Part shown: piece by piece, positions 31,391-32,000 of the stretch
How positions within the stretch are numbered: position 1 is the stretch's first letter
How the letters are laid out: every line of letters starts with the position of its first letter
Source: Aliivibrio fischeri ES114
GTDB lineage: Bacteria; Pseudomonadota; Gammaproteobacteria; Enterobacterales; Vibrionaceae
DNA length: 32,000 bases
Strand: one strand, 5' to 3'
NCBI RefSeq assembly: GCF_000011805.1
Contig: NC_006840.2
Notes under the pieces: generated by a model
The model's input: the letters and a program-made list of their open reading frames with translations, nothing else
What the model was told of the DNA's origin: nothing
Databases searched by the model: none
Program-made: the position numbers and the translations under genes

Positions 31391-31481
31391 GGAGGGATGG
31401 CTGAGTGGTCGAAAGCACCGGTCTTGAAAACCGGCAAGGGTTAATAGCCCTTCTAGGGTTCAAATCCCTATCCCTCCGCCA
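31391..31481 (+). tRNA. tRNA-Ser(UGA), copy 3
   Basis: Same 91-nt sequence as copies 1 and 2. Confidence 0.97.
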
Positions 31482-31487
31482 CTTTCT

Positions 31488-31517
31488 AAGCCCTAGCAGA
31501 AATGCTGGGGCTTTTTC
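31488..31517 (+). terminator. Terminator of third tRNA-Ser
   Basis: AAGCCCTAGCAGAAATGCTGGGGCTTTTT. Confidence 0.85.
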
Positions 31518-31951
31518 GTATCTATAGTTCAATCATACGTTAGAGCATACTTATTCGTAAGTATCATCATTAACTACAGCTCCCAACACCAAAGATAATG
31601 AGGTTTTGCTCTACGTTATTACTTTACTCTCACTTATTTTCTTTAACCTAAATAATCTATATTCCAGCCTTTACTTATATCACTCCCTTACAAATATAAT
31701 CACTATATATTAATCATTATATTTTCTATCAAAATAAGAAAACAATTAATAACATTCGCAAAATTTAGTTTTTAATAATTATATAGAAGCTATAAATTCT
31801 CTTACAAATTTAAAATTGATAGATTTAATTTAATTAGAGTAAACTCGAAAAAATTAACAACTCCCAAAGAAAGATAAATAAAGTCAAAAAGCCCCAGCTC
31901 AATTATAAATAAATTAAATATATTATTAATTTTACCTAAGATGATCACATC

Positions 31952-32000
31952 ATGAATCTAACATTAAAAAATACAGTTTTTATATCCACATTTTCACTGT
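31952..32000 (+). CDS. Possible start of a truncated ORF (MNLTLKNTVFISTFSL...), hydrophobic N-terminus
   Basis: Only 16 codons are visible before the window edge; no strong SD. Weak call. Confidence 0.25.
   Translation, partial: MNLTLKNTVFISTFSL

Larger units (their letters stand above)
31305..31527 (+). repeat. Direct repeat copy 2 containing promoter, tRNA-Ser and terminator
   Basis: Same unit as 30878-31100, offset about 427 bp. Confidence 0.85.

Noticed and set aside
30878-31527. CRISPR-like or mobile-element interpretation of the direct repeats
   Set aside because: The repeats are two tRNA cassettes about 427 bp apart with no short regular spacers, transposase or terminal inverted repeats.

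Overview
The window looks like ordinary core chromosome from a Vibrionaceae member, probably Aliivibrio-like (inferred from protein content and low G+C). About 20 genes can be placed. In order: truncated polB (minus), a nucleotidyltransferase-fold protein, an NhaC-family transporter behind a lysine riboswitch, an H-NS family protein, a MipA/OmpV porin-like protein, fadR / nhaB, dsbB, a UPF0149/YecA-like SEC-C protein, a type IV pilin-like protein, dusC, a GGDEF diguanylate cyclase, a DUF5718-like protein, topB, fadH / sppA, ansA, asd, a second NhaC-family transporter, an unusual lipoprotein with a C-terminal TM helix, yejK / yejL / yejM(pbgA), a tRNA-Ser/tRNA-Asp cluster, an alpha-carbonic anhydrase, and two further near-identical tRNA-Ser units. 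I found no clear new defence system, mobile element or CRISPR array. The best second-look items are regulatory or topological: (1) the lysine riboswitch and its possible expression platform in front of an 'NhaC' gene; (2) a perfect 10-bp hairpin that buries the dusC Shine-Dalgarno; (3) a lipoprotein that may tether outer to inner membrane; (4) a FadR-like operator inside the putative fadH promoter; (5) a triplicated tRNA-Ser(UGA) unit with conserved promoter and discriminator; (6) an ARG-box-like inverted repeat before the second NhaC gene. All calls are from reading the sequence; no searches or folding programs were run.
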